64,000 nucleotides of DNA. Source: Polyangiaceae bacterium. Its GTDB lineage: Bacteria > Myxococcota_A > Polyangia > Polyangiales > Polyangiaceae. Of the stretch, positions 1 to 9,556 are shown piece after piece; positions within the stretch are counted from its first letter, which is position 1; each line of letters opens with the position of its first letter. The stretch lies in NCBI GenBank assembly GCA_965222375.1, contig CBDCTZ010000011.1:1-64000 (forward strand), read 5' to 3'. The position numbers and the translations under genes are program-made. Under the pieces are notes generated by a model, which made no database searches, was not told the origin of the DNA, and saw nothing but the letters and a program-made list of their open reading frames with translations.

Positions 1-1612
1 TCCGCCACATTGCCGGCCAACTCGAAGTGCCCAAAGCGGCCTGCACCAGCCGGCTTGGACCCGACGAATACCAAGTCACTCAGCGTGCAACCCGGCGTGC
101 CATCGCCCATGCACGTGCTCGTGGCGTCGACCCAATAGCTGGCATTGCTCGGGCTCAAGGTCGTACTCGTTGGCGGTGTGGACCACGGATAGACTCGCTG
201 CTCCGAGCCACCGCTAGCAGTGAGGTTCCACTCAGCCTCTGTCGGGAGGCGCCCTCCATCCCATGCGCAAAATGCGAAAGCCTCGTACCAGGAAACGCAG
301 TTGATCGGCCGCGTTTCGTTGGTTCCTGGGGTTGCGGTCCATGTTGAAAGGGCGTTACACGCGAGGCTCGATTGCAGCGCTCCCGTGTTCGCCGCTAGCT
401 CTCCATTCCAGCTCGCTTGCCATCCACTCCCGGAAAGCTTTGGGTGCGCGCCCTCCCGGGTGCGGGGGGCGACGCGCTGGTGCCACGCCCCGCCTGAACG
501 AACTTGCGGAAGCGCCCCACAGTCACTTCGTAGCTGTCGACCCAAAGCGCGCTCACCTGCGCATCGAAGGACGGATCCGTGTAAAGCACTGCATCGTAGC
601 TTCGCTTGAATGACTGCGCTGGCACCTGTCGAGTGGAACAACAATTCGATGTCGCGGAGGCGCCGCAGGTTGCTGCCAGTCCAGCGCAGCTGGGCGGCTG
701 CGGCTGGCAGTATCCCTCCTGGCACGCGGGGGTGCTTCCGGCGCACACCTCACTGGTCTGCCAACTACCCCCGGTGCTGCAAACCTGAGCCGTAGCCCCC
801 GAGCAGCCCCTGCTGCCGGGAACGCACACGCCGACGCAGCTGCCGGACGAGCAGACGAATGGGCAAACTTGGTCGGTCTGCCAGCTGCCAGTCGCGCTGC
901 ACACCTCTCGAGTCGAACCCGCACAACGGCTACTGCCAGGCAGGCAGACTCCGCACCCGCCGGCGCCATTGCATACGCCTGTGCTGCACGCCGTTCCGGC
1001 ACTCAGGGGAGTCGCTCCGCAAATGCCCGAGGCGCATGTTGCCTGAAGGCACTCGGGAGGCGAGGGGCACTGGCTCGGATTCGAGCATTCCAGACAAACG
1101 CCAGCTGCGGCATGGCACAGGCCAGGGTTGCAGGTTTTGACCAGTATGTACTCACTACCGTCACTGGCGCATTGCTCCAACGCGTCGCCGCTGCAGCGCC
1201 AGGCACTCGGTGGGCACCCGGCTCCGTCAGGGGACGCCTCTCCTGAGGCGTCAGGTGCGCCATCGCCAGGTGCATCTTCGATTGATGCTTCGGCGGCGGC
1301 ATCTGTCGGCGAGTCTGTCGACGCGTCAACCGCTGCGCCTCCGGACGCGTCATCAGCTACATCGACCAAGGCGTCTGCTGAGGCATCTGCGCCGGACGTG
1401 CCGCCTGCGTCCATGGCCGAGCCGCCAAAACCTGCTGTCGCTCCGCCAGTGCCACCCTGGCCGCTGCCTCCGGAATTCGCGCCATCCGGCAACAGGAAGT
1501 TTGCGTCCGTCGTCACCCCGCCGGTGCCGCCTCCCTCGTCGTCGCCGGAGCACGCCGGCGCAACGTGAAGGAGGCCGAGCAAGGACAGCGCGATGGTGAA
1601 CTGATACCGCAT
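1..1612 (-). CDS. Lipoprotein with Cys-rich repeats and C-terminal FGE-sulfatase (SUMF1) domain; apparent -1 frameshift near 456; runs off window
   Basis: Lipobox VAPAC, Gly-rich linker, Cys repeats, YEVTVGRF. After a frame change near 456 it reads GAHPKLSGSGW..RPINCVSWYEAFAFCAWDGGRLPTEAEW..YPW..ELAGNVAE, open to base 1. Confidence 0.85.
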
Positions 1613-1842
1613 ATCGGAATCCAACAGCGTAACTCAACGTCGGACCACAGGTTAGGCTTCTTTTCGAAAGTGGACGTTGCCTGCGTCGCCGAACTGAGAT
1701 GCCAGCTGCGGGGCCGGATCTCGGCAGCGCATCGTTCGATCCCGCGTGCCGTATCCCGTGCCGAAAGCGTGCTGCTCGAGTCGAGCAACCCCCATCGACG
1801 CGACCCAGGTGACGCGCACCGCAAAGAGCGGTACGAATCCGC

Positions 1843-4119
1843 ATGCTTCGTCGCACTGCTTCGGTCTTCTGTTTGGCACTATTGAGCTGCGGACCTGCGT
1901 CGCCCCCGCCGGCTGCGCCAGGGGCGACGACGGCTGACGCCAAGAAGCCCAAGCCACCCGTGACGGCGCGCGAGCGGTTGGCTCGAGCCCTGTTGACCCT
2001 CGAGCCTGCCTCCGCAGCAGATGTGGCGCGAGCTGTGGGGCCGGAGCTGTTTCAACACGCAAGCAAGTTGGTTGGAACCCTGAACCCCCAGCAGCGCAAG
2101 GCGCTGACGGGCGACGAAGGCGCCCAAGCTCGACCGTTGCTCCACTTGGTCGCTGGCGGCTCATCCAAGTTTGCGTTGGCGGCCCTGGGCACGACCAGAG
2201 CTGCAGCGGATGAGGTCTTGGCGCTGCGCCCCTCCCGCAATCCCGAGCCCGAGCTGATCGCGGCAGTGGCCGAGCTGAGCCGTCGTGCCGCGCGCTCTTT
2301 CCTACGTGCGCGTGCCGTAGAGTTGGGCTCGTCGGCACCCGTGGATCGTGACCTCATCCTCGCGATCGATCGCGCCGCCCGCACCCTGGGGCGTGTCGAC
2401 TTGCGGCGCCTTGCACGGCAGCTGCTCACGGACATCGACAACAAGCCGGAACACTGGCTCTACTTGGCAACGGCTGCGGCTTGGGAGCTGGACGTGGAGG
2501 CGGCCAAGGCGGCCTTGGCTCGGGCGGGAACCGGTTCGTCGGTGGAGCGCCGCGCCTTGGTCGTGCACAAGACCATCGACAATGCCAAGCTCGCGAAGCA
2601 GGCCAGCGGCGCGCTAGCGCCCGAGGCGTTGGCGGAGGTGGCGCGTGCGCTTTCGTTCCTAGGTCGCCACGATGACGCCAAGAAGCTGCTTCTGCCGCAC
2701 CGGGTTCGGGCGGAAAAGGACCTAGACTTCGCCGCGGCGCTGGCCACCGCTGAAGTGGAAGCGACTGTATGCCCCGGTTTGCCCGAAGGCGTTGGCAACG
2801 AGATCATGTGCGCCGCGGCTTGGTCCCAGGATCCGCGGCCCAAGAAGGCCATTGCGCTTCTTCAGGCGGCTTGGAAGAGCGGGGGCGGTCGAACGGAATG
2901 GGGCGTCGAGACCTACTTGGGCCTTGCGCACGTCATCCCTTGGACTTTCGCGACGCTGACCCAAGACCCATCGGACCCGGAAAAGGCAGCCGCAGATTTT
3001 CGCAGTCGCTTGGCTACCCTGAGCCAGGGCAGCAAAGACGCTGCGAAAGTGTCGTCGCGTTTTCGCGGTGTCGTGCTGTTCGTGGATGTGCTTTCGGCGG
3101 CCTTTGAGGCATCCGTCAACAAGAAGAAAGGTACTCGGACGCGCATCGGTACGAAGCTGCAGCGAGAACTGATCAAGCGCGCGGAAACGCTGATCAGCGA
3201 GCAACCCAAAGAGCGTTTGGCCCAGGCCGGATTGCTGGCAGTGGCTGCTTCCTTGGCACAGGAACGGGATGTGTTGGGCCTCGTTGAGAAGCTGCCCGAT
3301 GACATCGACCCGCGCAATCGCATCGCCCGTGAAGTGCTTCGCATTTGGTACGCTGTTGGGCGCAAGCAGTCGGATCTCGCCAAGGATGCCATCAACAACA
3401 TGGCAGCATTGATGCCTGAGGCGGACACCCAAGCTCTGCAGCGCGCGCGACTGGTGCTGTTGGTTGCCGAGGCCTCCGCCGCGATGTCCGGGGAGGAAAG
3501 CGATCACAAGGTTCTGGAGCAGGTGACCCGCAACCTGGTGGAGCCCGGCGTACCGCACGAGCTGCGTTTGCGGGCCGCTTTGGATCGAGCGGGGGCCCTT
3601 TCGCGGCTGGGCAAGGGCGCGGAAGCCGCCGAGATGCTGTCCCAGGTGGTGAGCAGCACGCCAGAGTTGCCGCCGGGGAGTACCGAGGCGGATCTTGCGC
3701 TTCTAGCCAAGACCTACCTGTTTGCCCTGCGTGCCCGAGCAACCACCGGCAGCGAGCGCAAGGATTACGCCGAGCGTCTCAACACGCTTCTCGACAAGGT
3801 CAAGGGAGCTGGAGTCGCTGCAAGTGTGCGCCTCTTCCACTTGATGTGGACGCGTGAGATTGCTGCACTTCAGGACACGGAGAAGTGTGGTGCTGGCGTG
3901 GTGTGCAAGCGCCGCGCGGATGCCAAGCGCAAGGTCACTCGCAAGGAGACTGACGACCTGATCGGCGTGCAATCTGGCAATCTGCTGCGCGCCGGCATTC
4001 TTCCAGCTGGGACCCTGAGCTTGTCGTTCAACTACTCCGGGGGCGAGGGGTTGGAGCCCGTGGTGCGCCTCGACCCACGCCTGATCAATGCAGAGATCCC
4101 GCCGGGTCTGGCGCGCTAA
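1843..4119 (+). CDS. Large alpha-helical (TPR-like) lipoprotein
   Basis: 758 aa ORF, lipobox LLSC, Ala/Leu-rich helical repeats. Confidence 0.7.
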   Translation: MLRRTASVFCLALLSCGPASPPPAAPGATTADAKKPKPPVTARERLARALLTLEPASAADVARAVGPELFQHASKLVGTLNPQQRKALTGDEGAQARPLLHLVAGGSSKFALAALGTTRAAADEVLALRPSRNPEPELIAAVAELSRRAARSFLRARAVELGSSAPVDRDLILAIDRAARTLGRVDLRRLARQLLTDIDNKPEHWLYLATAAAWELDVEAAKAALARAGTGSSVERRALVVHKTIDNAKLAKQASGALAPEALAEVARALSFLGRHDDAKKLLLPHRVRAEKDLDFAAALATAEVEATVCPGLPEGVGNEIMCAAAWSQDPRPKKAIALLQAAWKSGGGRTEWGVETYLGLAHVIPWTFATLTQDPSDPEKAAADFRSRLATLSQGSKDAAKVSSRFRGVVLFVDVLSAAFEASVNKKKGTRTRIGTKLQRELIKRAETLISEQPKERLAQAGLLAVAASLAQERDVLGLVEKLPDDIDPRNRIAREVLRIWYAVGRKQSDLAKDAINNMAALMPEADTQALQRARLVLLVAEASAAMSGEESDHKVLEQVTRNLVEPGVPHELRLRAALDRAGALSRLGKGAEAAEMLSQVVSSTPELPPGSTEADLALLAKTYLFALRARATTGSERKDYAERLNTLLDKVKGAGVAASVRLFHLMWTREIAALQDTEKCGAGVVCKRRADAKRKVTRKETDDLIGVQSGNLLRAGILPAGTLSLSFNYSGGEGLEPVVRLDPRLINAEIPPGLAR

Positions 4120-4200
4120 ACGACTGTTCGCGGATCCCACGGTTGAACGATCTCCAAGTCGCTGCTACCTTCACGCGCCCAACCAATAGGAGATTCCGTC

Positions 4201-4686
4201 ATGCGTTCTGTGCCTTTCGTTTTTGCCGCATCCCTCATGGTTTTGGCCTGCAGTAGTGACGACGATGGCGGTGGCACGGGCACCGGCGGCAGTGGGGCTG
4301 GTGGCTCAGGAACTGGCGGGGTCGGGGCGTTTGGCGCGAGTGGCGGTCAGGCAGGGTCAGCGGGGGCTGCAACCGGTGGCGTTGGCGCGAGCGGCGGTGC
4401 AGGTGGTACCGCAGCTGCTGGCGGAACGGGCGCGACGGGTGGCGGCGCCGGCGCGGCTTGCACCCAGTGCATTCAGGGCGCTCTTACCGGCGCTTGCTCA
4501 TCGCAGCTAGCGGCTTGCCAGGGCAGCGCCGATTGCCAGGCCATCTTCACCTGCGGCCAGGGCTGCCCGGCGAACGACAGCGCCTGCATTCAGGGTTGCA
4601 TCAACAGCAACCCGAATGGCAAAGCCGCTTTCGACGCGATCACCGCTTGCATCAATACGACCTGCAAGACCGAGTGCGGCTTCTGA
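4201..4686 (+). CDS. Lipoprotein, Gly-rich linker + Cys-rich C-terminal domain
   Basis: AGGAG RBS, lipobox VLAC, C-terminal CTQCIQGALTGAC..NPNGKAAFDA; paralog of next gene. Confidence 0.85.
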   Translation: MRSVPFVFAASLMVLACSSDDDGGGTGTGGSGAGGSGTGGVGAFGASGGQAGSAGAATGGVGASGGAGGTAAAGGTGATGGGAGAACTQCIQGALTGACSSQLAACQGSADCQAIFTCGQGCPANDSACIQGCINSNPNGKAAFDAITACINTTCKTECGF

Positions 4687-4703
4687 GCTGAACTCACCCC
4701 CAT

Positions 4704-4738
4704 CGGCGCGTCCCACCACCTCGGTAGGGCGCGCCGAG
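4704..4738 (+). terminator. GC-rich hairpin after 4201-4686
   Basis: TCGGCGCGTCC..GGGCGCGCCGA stem; no U-tract. Confidence 0.4.
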
Positions 4739-4839
4739 ACGCGTCGGGGCTTCAGACGGGGGCTAGGGGTCATTCACGCACCCAGGTTTTCAGTTGCCTG
4801 CGAGGGGAGGCGCTCCCAGCGCGGGGCGTAGTGGCGGGG

Positions 4840-5550
4840 ATGCATAGGAACTTCTTTGCGCCCGTATTGCTATCAGTGTTGTTCGGCCTTGGCTGCAGCG
4901 GCAGCGGTGTGGGTGGAGGAGGAGCCGTCTCTTGTGTCGACGGAGGCACCTGCCCCACGGGTTTCGTCTGCAATGCCAGCGGCGCCTGCGAGCAGGTTTC
5001 GGGTTCCGGTGGCGCGGGCGCCGTTGGTGGTGCCGCTTCAGGCGGCGTTGGGAACAACGGCGGGTTTGGTGCCTTCGGTGGCCAAGCCGGCACGGCCGGG
5101 AGCGGTGGAGTTGGCGCTACGGGCGGCGTTGGAGCCACAGGCGGCGTTGGCGCGACTGGTGGCGTTGGCGCGACTGGCGGCGTCGGCGCGACTGGCGGCA
5201 TTGGCGCAACTGGCGGCGTTGGCGCAACTGGCGGCATCGGAGCGACAGGTGGCAGTGGTGCAATTGGCGGTGTTGGCGCAACCGGGGGCTTTGGTGCAAC
5301 TGGGGGCTCAGGAGGTACCGGGGGCTCGGGCTGCCTCAGCTGTCTCCAGGGTGCGCTGACCGGGGCGTGCGCCTCACTGGTTGCGGCGTGCCAGGCAAAC
5401 TCTTCTTGCATTGCGATCTTGAGCTGCGCCCAAAGCTGCCCGACTGGTGATTCGGTGTGCGTCCAGAATTGCATCACCGCGAATCCCGCTGGCAAGCCAG
5501 CCTTCGACGCCGTCAACCAGTGCCTCTTCGCCGCCTGTCCCGGGTGTTGA
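4840..5550 (+). CDS. Lipoprotein, GGVGAT repeat linker + Cys-rich domain (paralog of 4201-4686)
   Basis: Lipobox GLGC; C-terminal CLSCLQGALTGAC..NPAGKPAFDA. Confidence 0.85.
   Translation: MHRNFFAPVLLSVLFGLGCSGSGVGGGGAVSCVDGGTCPTGFVCNASGACEQVSGSGGAGAVGGAASGGVGNNGGFGAFGGQAGTAGSGGVGATGGVGATGGVGATGGVGATGGVGATGGIGATGGVGATGGIGATGGSGAIGGVGATGGFGATGGSGGTGGSGCLSCLQGALTGACASLVAACQANSSCIAILSCAQSCPTGDSVCVQNCITANPAGKPAFDAVNQCLFAACPGC
5104..5301 (+). repeat. 18-bp in-frame tandem repeat encoding GG[VISF]GA[TI], about 11 units
   Basis: GGCGGCGTTGGCGCGACT-like units visible in the sequence. Confidence 0.9.
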
Positions 5551-5628
5551 GGCGAGCGCCTCCGACGCCTACCTATTTTCCCCATGTGCGCGACGGCGTT
5601 CAGCCCAAATGCGTCGATGCCGCGCCAA

Positions 5629-5724
5629 GCTGTGGAAAACATTGGGGCAAGGTCTCGGGGGTGCGGCAACCTCCCGTAAAGACGCACGAATCTAACCGCA
5701 CTTTTCCCCCAAGCTATCCACAGC
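5629..5724. repeat. Imperfect long inverted repeat with DnaA-box-like 9-mers in both arms
   Basis: GCTGTGGAAAACATTGGGGCAAG vs reverse complement of CTTTTCCCCCAAGCTATCCACAGC; inner GTGCGG..CCGCAC pair. Confidence 0.6.
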
Positions 5725-5758
5725 CGGGGTCCTGATGTGGGGTTCGAGAACGGTCCGA

Positions 5759-6196
5759 TCAGGCTATGAGCAGGGGGGCCAAGGCTGAAAATGCGGGCAG
5801 TCGGGATTTGCCTCGCCAGATCCCCTGCCGGAACCGCGGCGGCACGGGGGGCAGCCGTCTCGAGAACGCTTTGAGGAGCTTGCGCGTGAAGTGATCTGCG
5901 TAGCTCAGCTCTAGCCCCAGCTCCCTGCGGGTTTCCCCCGGTCGGCGGCCGTGCACGATACGGGCAACCACAGCCTCCGCGTCGATGTAGTCCAGCAGAC
6001 CCGGCGGCTGGAACGAGATGATGACCTCGTCGCCGGTCAGCACCGGGTCCGCCGGCCCCACCAGCATTCCGTGCTCCGAAATATCGAGGATTTGGTCCGC
6101 CACCAGGCGAAAGTCCCGCAGGCGAACCACCTGGCAACTGATTCGGGCGGTTCTGCGCACTTCACGGACCGGGGGCATATCGAGCATGGCGTTCAT
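5759..6196 (-). CDS. PilZ domain protein (c-di-GMP receptor)
   Basis: RxxxR (RRTAR) and DxSxxG (DISEHG) motifs; GLEL near C-terminus. Confidence 0.85.
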   Translation of the reverse strand: MNAMLDMPPVREVRRTARISCQVVRLRDFRLVADQILDISEHGMLVGPADPVLTGDEVIISFQPPGLLDYIDAEAVVARIVHGRRPGETRRELGLELSYADHFTRKLLKAFSRRLPPVPPRFRQGIWRGKSRLPAFSALAPLLIA

Positions 6197-6270
6197 GGTT
6201 GTTTCCTTGTTCGAAATCGTAGCGACCGGGCGCCGCTTCGGGCCAAGTACATGGCCATCTGTGGAGAAAT

Positions 6271-6379
6271 GTTAGTCGTAAGACTAACTCTGAGTAGGCG
6301 AAATATGGTGATAATCTGCCATATTCACAAAAATATTTGACACGTATCACGCTGTGACACATGTATCACGACGTGACAC
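6271..6379. promoter_or_regulatory. AT-rich divergent promoter region with palindromes and TGACAC/GTATCA operator-like repeats
   Basis: GTTAGTC-GTAA-GACTAAC; AATATGG..CCATATT; TTGACA at 6337; TGACAC at 6338, 6355, 6374; GTATCA at 6344, 6363. Confidence 0.55.
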
Positions 6380-6882
6380 GCGACGAAGACAACGAGAAGG
6401 CCCCTGATTCCGCACCCGAGTCCGCCCGGGATTCCGGCGACTCGGCGAAGGAGGACACCCCGAAGAAGGAGCGAGTGCTGCATACCCGCATTCCCGCGGT
6501 GCTCGAAGCCGAGCTCAAGAGCGCGGCGCGCGCTCTGCGGGTGCCCGTTTCGAACCTGGTGCGCACCATTCTCGAAGACGCCGTCACCATCGCGGACCGT
6601 GCTTCGGAGAAGGTCGAAGACCGCCTGTCTCGTGCGGCCAAGACCGTGCACGACGAGCGGGATCGTATCCGCACCAAGGTGAAGCCCGCGCCCCTGGCAG
6701 ACGCGATTGCTTACCAGCCGGTGGTGATGGCAGCGCGTAGCAAGTGTGCGCAATGCGATACCGCTCTCGCCAAGGGCGACGACGCCGGTCTCGTCGTGAC
6801 TGCCGAACCCGGCCGTCCGCGTTTCGTTTGCGAAGAATGCATGCCGGGCGGCGCAAGCAGCCCCAACACGAAAGGTCGCTGA
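6361..6882 (+). CDS. Ribbon-helix-helix DNA-binding protein with C-terminal Zn ribbon
   Basis: RVLHTRIPAVLEAELKSAARALRVPVSNLVRTIL; CAQC..CEEC; start uncertain. Confidence 0.7.
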   Translation: MYHDVTRDEDNEKAPDSAPESARDSGDSAKEDTPKKERVLHTRIPAVLEAELKSAARALRVPVSNLVRTILEDAVTIADRASEKVEDRLSRAAKTVHDERDRIRTKVKPAPLADAIAYQPVVMAARSKCAQCDTALAKGDDAGLVVTAEPGRPRFVCEECMPGGASSPNTKGR

Positions 6883-6908
6883 TGCGACCCCAACATCGGA
6901 GAAAACCA

Positions 6909-7169
6909 ATGAGCACTCAAACTGAAACCCATGACCGCAACGACTACGAACAAATCGCCGACGCGCTCACTCGTGTAGGCGCGGCCTGGGCGCGCTACGG
7001 CCTGCATGTGGCTCGTGCGTCCGTCGAGACCAGCGCTCGCACGCTGGAGCTGACAGCGACGGCACTGGGCACCCTGGCCGAGCGAGTCTCGAAGATCGAC
7101 GAAGACTCGGACCAACGGCCGGAGTCTTCCGACGCCGTCGTGGATACCACCGCCGAGCGACGTAGCTGA
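6909..7169 (+). CDS. Small helical hypothetical protein
   Basis: GGAGA RBS, MSTQTETH.., 86 aa, follows the RHH gene. Confidence 0.65.
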   Translation: MSTQTETHDRNDYEQIADALTRVGAAWARYGLHVARASVETSARTLELTATALGTLAERVSKIDEDSDQRPESSDAVVDTTAERRS

Positions 7170-7207
7170 CGCCGATGCCAGCTCCAAGCACCGCGGCAGG
7201 AGCGAGC

Positions 7208-7765
7208 TCACTTCTTGCGCATTCGGCGCTTGTCCTTGCGGTCTAAGTCCTCCCACGCGCAGTCGCCCTGCGCGTCGGAGGCAGCCGTGCCCTTCAGGTC
7301 CATTACGTCCTCTTTGATCTTGAACTCGAACTTCTTCGTACCGCTCGTCATCTTCATTTCGAGGGCTACCCAGCTGTCTTCGGTGAGCGGCATGTTCAAG
7401 TCCTCTTTCTCACCATCAAGCGCATAGGATCCGCGATAGGAGTACTTGGCTCCCACGATGCGGTCCTCCTTTACCTTGATGACCAGCTTTTCCGTACTCT
7501 TCGAGTTCATGCCGTCGTAGCTGGACTCGAAGAAGCTGCACACCCCGGTGCGGGGCTCCCGAGCGGGTGGTGGCGCATCCGCGTCTGGGTAGGCAGTGAC
7601 GCCTGGGGGCAAGGCCACCTGGGTCGGCTGCTCCTCGACTACCGCGGATGCCTTGGGCTTTGCCGAGGCGGTCTTTTCCGGAGCGCTCGGGAGCGGCTTC
7701 TTCTTCTCGTCGCAGCCCGCGCTGATGAACAGCGCACAAGCCAACAGTGCAAGTGCAGTCCGCAT
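7208..7765 (-). CDS. Hypothetical lipoprotein
   Basis: MRTALALLACALFISAGC lipobox. Confidence 0.75.
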   Translation of the reverse strand: MRTALALLACALFISAGCDEKKKPLPSAPEKTASAKPKASAVVEEQPTQVALPPGVTAYPDADAPPPAREPRTGVCSFFESSYDGMNSKSTEKLVIKVKEDRIVGAKYSYRGSYALDGEKEDLNMPLTEDSWVALEMKMTSGTKKFEFKIKEDVMDLKGTAASDAQGDCAWEDLDRKDKRRMRKK

Positions 7766-7828
7766 CGGCCCCACAAACTACCAGACCCTCTGGGCCAATG
7801 GGCGCCGAAAATTGGAGCTATGCGACGG

Positions 7829-8749
7829 TCAGCGCGGTACCGGCGGCGCGCTGGTCGTGCTGCCGGCGCCCCAGAACTTCAACCCGGCGGGCGCGTTCGG
7901 GATGGCGATGGGCGTCGTTTGGTTACTCGTGCCCTGGAAGGTGATCGCGAAGAGCTCGCCCGCGGTCGTGAAGCCGTAGGCCTTGCCGGCCCAAAAGCCC
8001 AGTCCAAATACGTTGTTGTGCGCAACGCTACCGAGGTTGGTCAGCACCGTACCGGTCTTGGGATCGATCTCGACGATACAGTCCAGCTTGTCGCACTGCC
8101 CACCCTTCACCGTCAGGTACGTGCCCCCGCCAATCACCGAAACCACATCGCCGCTGGAGATCAGGCCGCCAATCAGTGCTCCTGCCTTGACCACGGTGAT
8201 CGCGCCGCTCACCGTGTCAATCCGAACGTAGTCGGCGTTTTCATAGCCCACTAGCGCCTCCGCGCTGGGGTCCAAGGTGCCCTGGGGCACGAAGGAAAGG
8301 CTGTTGGGGAACGGTCCTCCGGAGGCGACTAGCTGGCAGTTCGCGGTCTTGGTGTCGATGCGATACAGACCTTTCTCGGTCGTCGCGAACATGTTGGAGT
8401 CTTTGTCCAGGGCGATGTCCCACACGCTCGAACAGCCTTGAAACGGCCCCACGGTGGTCACCGCATTGGTGTCGGGGTCGAGGCGGTACAAGTCGTCTGG
8501 ACCGTGACCAAAGACCTCCGACGGGCCAGTGGGCGGAGTTCCGCCGGTGCCGGCCTCGAGGACAACGCCGCCAGTGCCGCCCGTTCCACTCGTCGCGCCG
8601 CTTCCGCCTGTCCCGCTGGTCGCGCCAGTGCCAGCATCGAAGCCGGCGCTGCCTCCGACTGCGCCACCACCGCCGCTAGTACCGGAACAGCCAGCCAACG
8701 AAAGCGTCGCTGCGGCGAGCGCTGCACCAAGTACTCGTGAAGAAACCAT
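7829..8749 (-). CDS. Lipoprotein with probable beta-propeller domain
   Basis: Lipobox LAGC, Gly linker, repeated LYRxDxxT / DIALD blades. Confidence 0.75.
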   Translation of the reverse strand: MVSSRVLGAALAAATLSLAGCSGTSGGGGAVGGSAGFDAGTGATSGTGGSGATSGTGGTGGVVLEAGTGGTPPTGPSEVFGHGPDDLYRLDPDTNAVTTVGPFQGCSSVWDIALDKDSNMFATTEKGLYRIDTKTANCQLVASGGPFPNSLSFVPQGTLDPSAEALVGYENADYVRIDTVSGAITVVKAGALIGGLISSGDVVSVIGGGTYLTVKGGQCDKLDCIVEIDPKTGTVLTNLGSVAHNNVFGLGFWAGKAYGFTTAGELFAITFQGTSNQTTPIAIPNAPAGLKFWGAGSTTSAPPVPR

Positions 8750-8885
8750 CGGGCCCAAGCCTGAAACAGAACGCTAGCCGCGTCACGCGAAACCGCCGAA
8801 TTGGCAGGGATCGTCGGGTTCTGCGCGGTCAGCCGGTGAAGGCGGCGCCGCATCGCCGACCTATCTACGTGCTATCTTGAGCGCC

Positions 8886-9467
8886 ATGAAGGCGTCTCGA
8901 GTTCTTGCCATTGCGACCCTCTTCTTCAGCGCCAGCCTGGTGTCCTGCGGTTCCGACGACGACAGCGGTGGCGGTGGCGGTAGTGGCGGCGGTGGCGGTC
9001 TCGGGGGTAGTGGCAATCCAGGTGATACGGAGCCCGCGAACATGAACGGCATGACCGCAGCCCACAACGCCGCCCGCGCTGCGGTGAACCCTCCTGCGGC
9101 CTCGCCAATCCCGCCCCTGGCATGGTCTGGTGCCCTGGCCAAGGTTGCCCAGGACTACGCCAACAAGTGCATCTGGGGACATTCGTCGAGCAAGTATGGG
9201 GAGAATCTCTACGCCAGCACCAATTCCTCGACGCCGAAGCAAGTGGTCGATTCCTGGGTGAGCGAGGTCGCCGACTACAACTACGGCAGCAACAGCTGCA
9301 GCAAAGTCTGTGGTCACTACACTCAAGTCGTGTGGGCATCGAGTGCGCGCCTGGGCTGCGCCAAGAAGACCTGCACTACAGGTTCGCCCTTCGGCGGTGG
9401 TTCCTGGGAGCTCTGGGTTTGTAACTACGATCCCCCCGGCAACTTCAGCGGCAAGAAGCCATACTGA
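8886..9467 (+). CDS. CAP/SCP (PR-1-like) domain lipoprotein
   Basis: HNAAR, YGENLY, CGHYTQVVW, VCNYDPPGN motifs. Confidence 0.92.
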   Translation: MKASRVLAIATLFFSASLVSCGSDDDSGGGGGSGGGGGLGGSGNPGDTEPANMNGMTAAHNAARAAVNPPAASPIPPLAWSGALAKVAQDYANKCIWGHSSSKYGENLYASTNSSTPKQVVDSWVSEVADYNYGSNSCSKVCGHYTQVVWASSARLGCAKKTCTTGSPFGGGSWELWVCNYDPPGNFSGKKPY

Positions 9468-9490
9468 CACATCGGCGTTGCAGATTGGAT

Positions 9491-9541
9491 TTTGGGGGTC
9501 GAGCCCTGGCGCGAACTAGGCCGCTACTCCCGCGCTAGGCC
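9491..9541 (+). repeat. Dispersed REP-like element, copy A
   Basis: GGGGTCG-N17-GGCCGCTACTCCCGCGCTAGGCC. Confidence 0.7.
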
Positions 9542-9556
9542 CAGTCCAAACTTGTT

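Noticed and set aside
5104..5301. CRISPR-like repeat array
   Set aside because: In-frame coding repeats without spacers; no cas genes.
5660..5700. c-di-GMP-I riboswitch (GGCAAC..GTAA..GACGCA resemblance near PilZ)
   Set aside because: The required stem is missing and the sequence lies between convergent 3' ends, not in a leader.
5629..6340. Chromosomal oriC
   Set aside because: Few boxes, split by the PilZ gene, and no dnaA/dnaN/gidA context.
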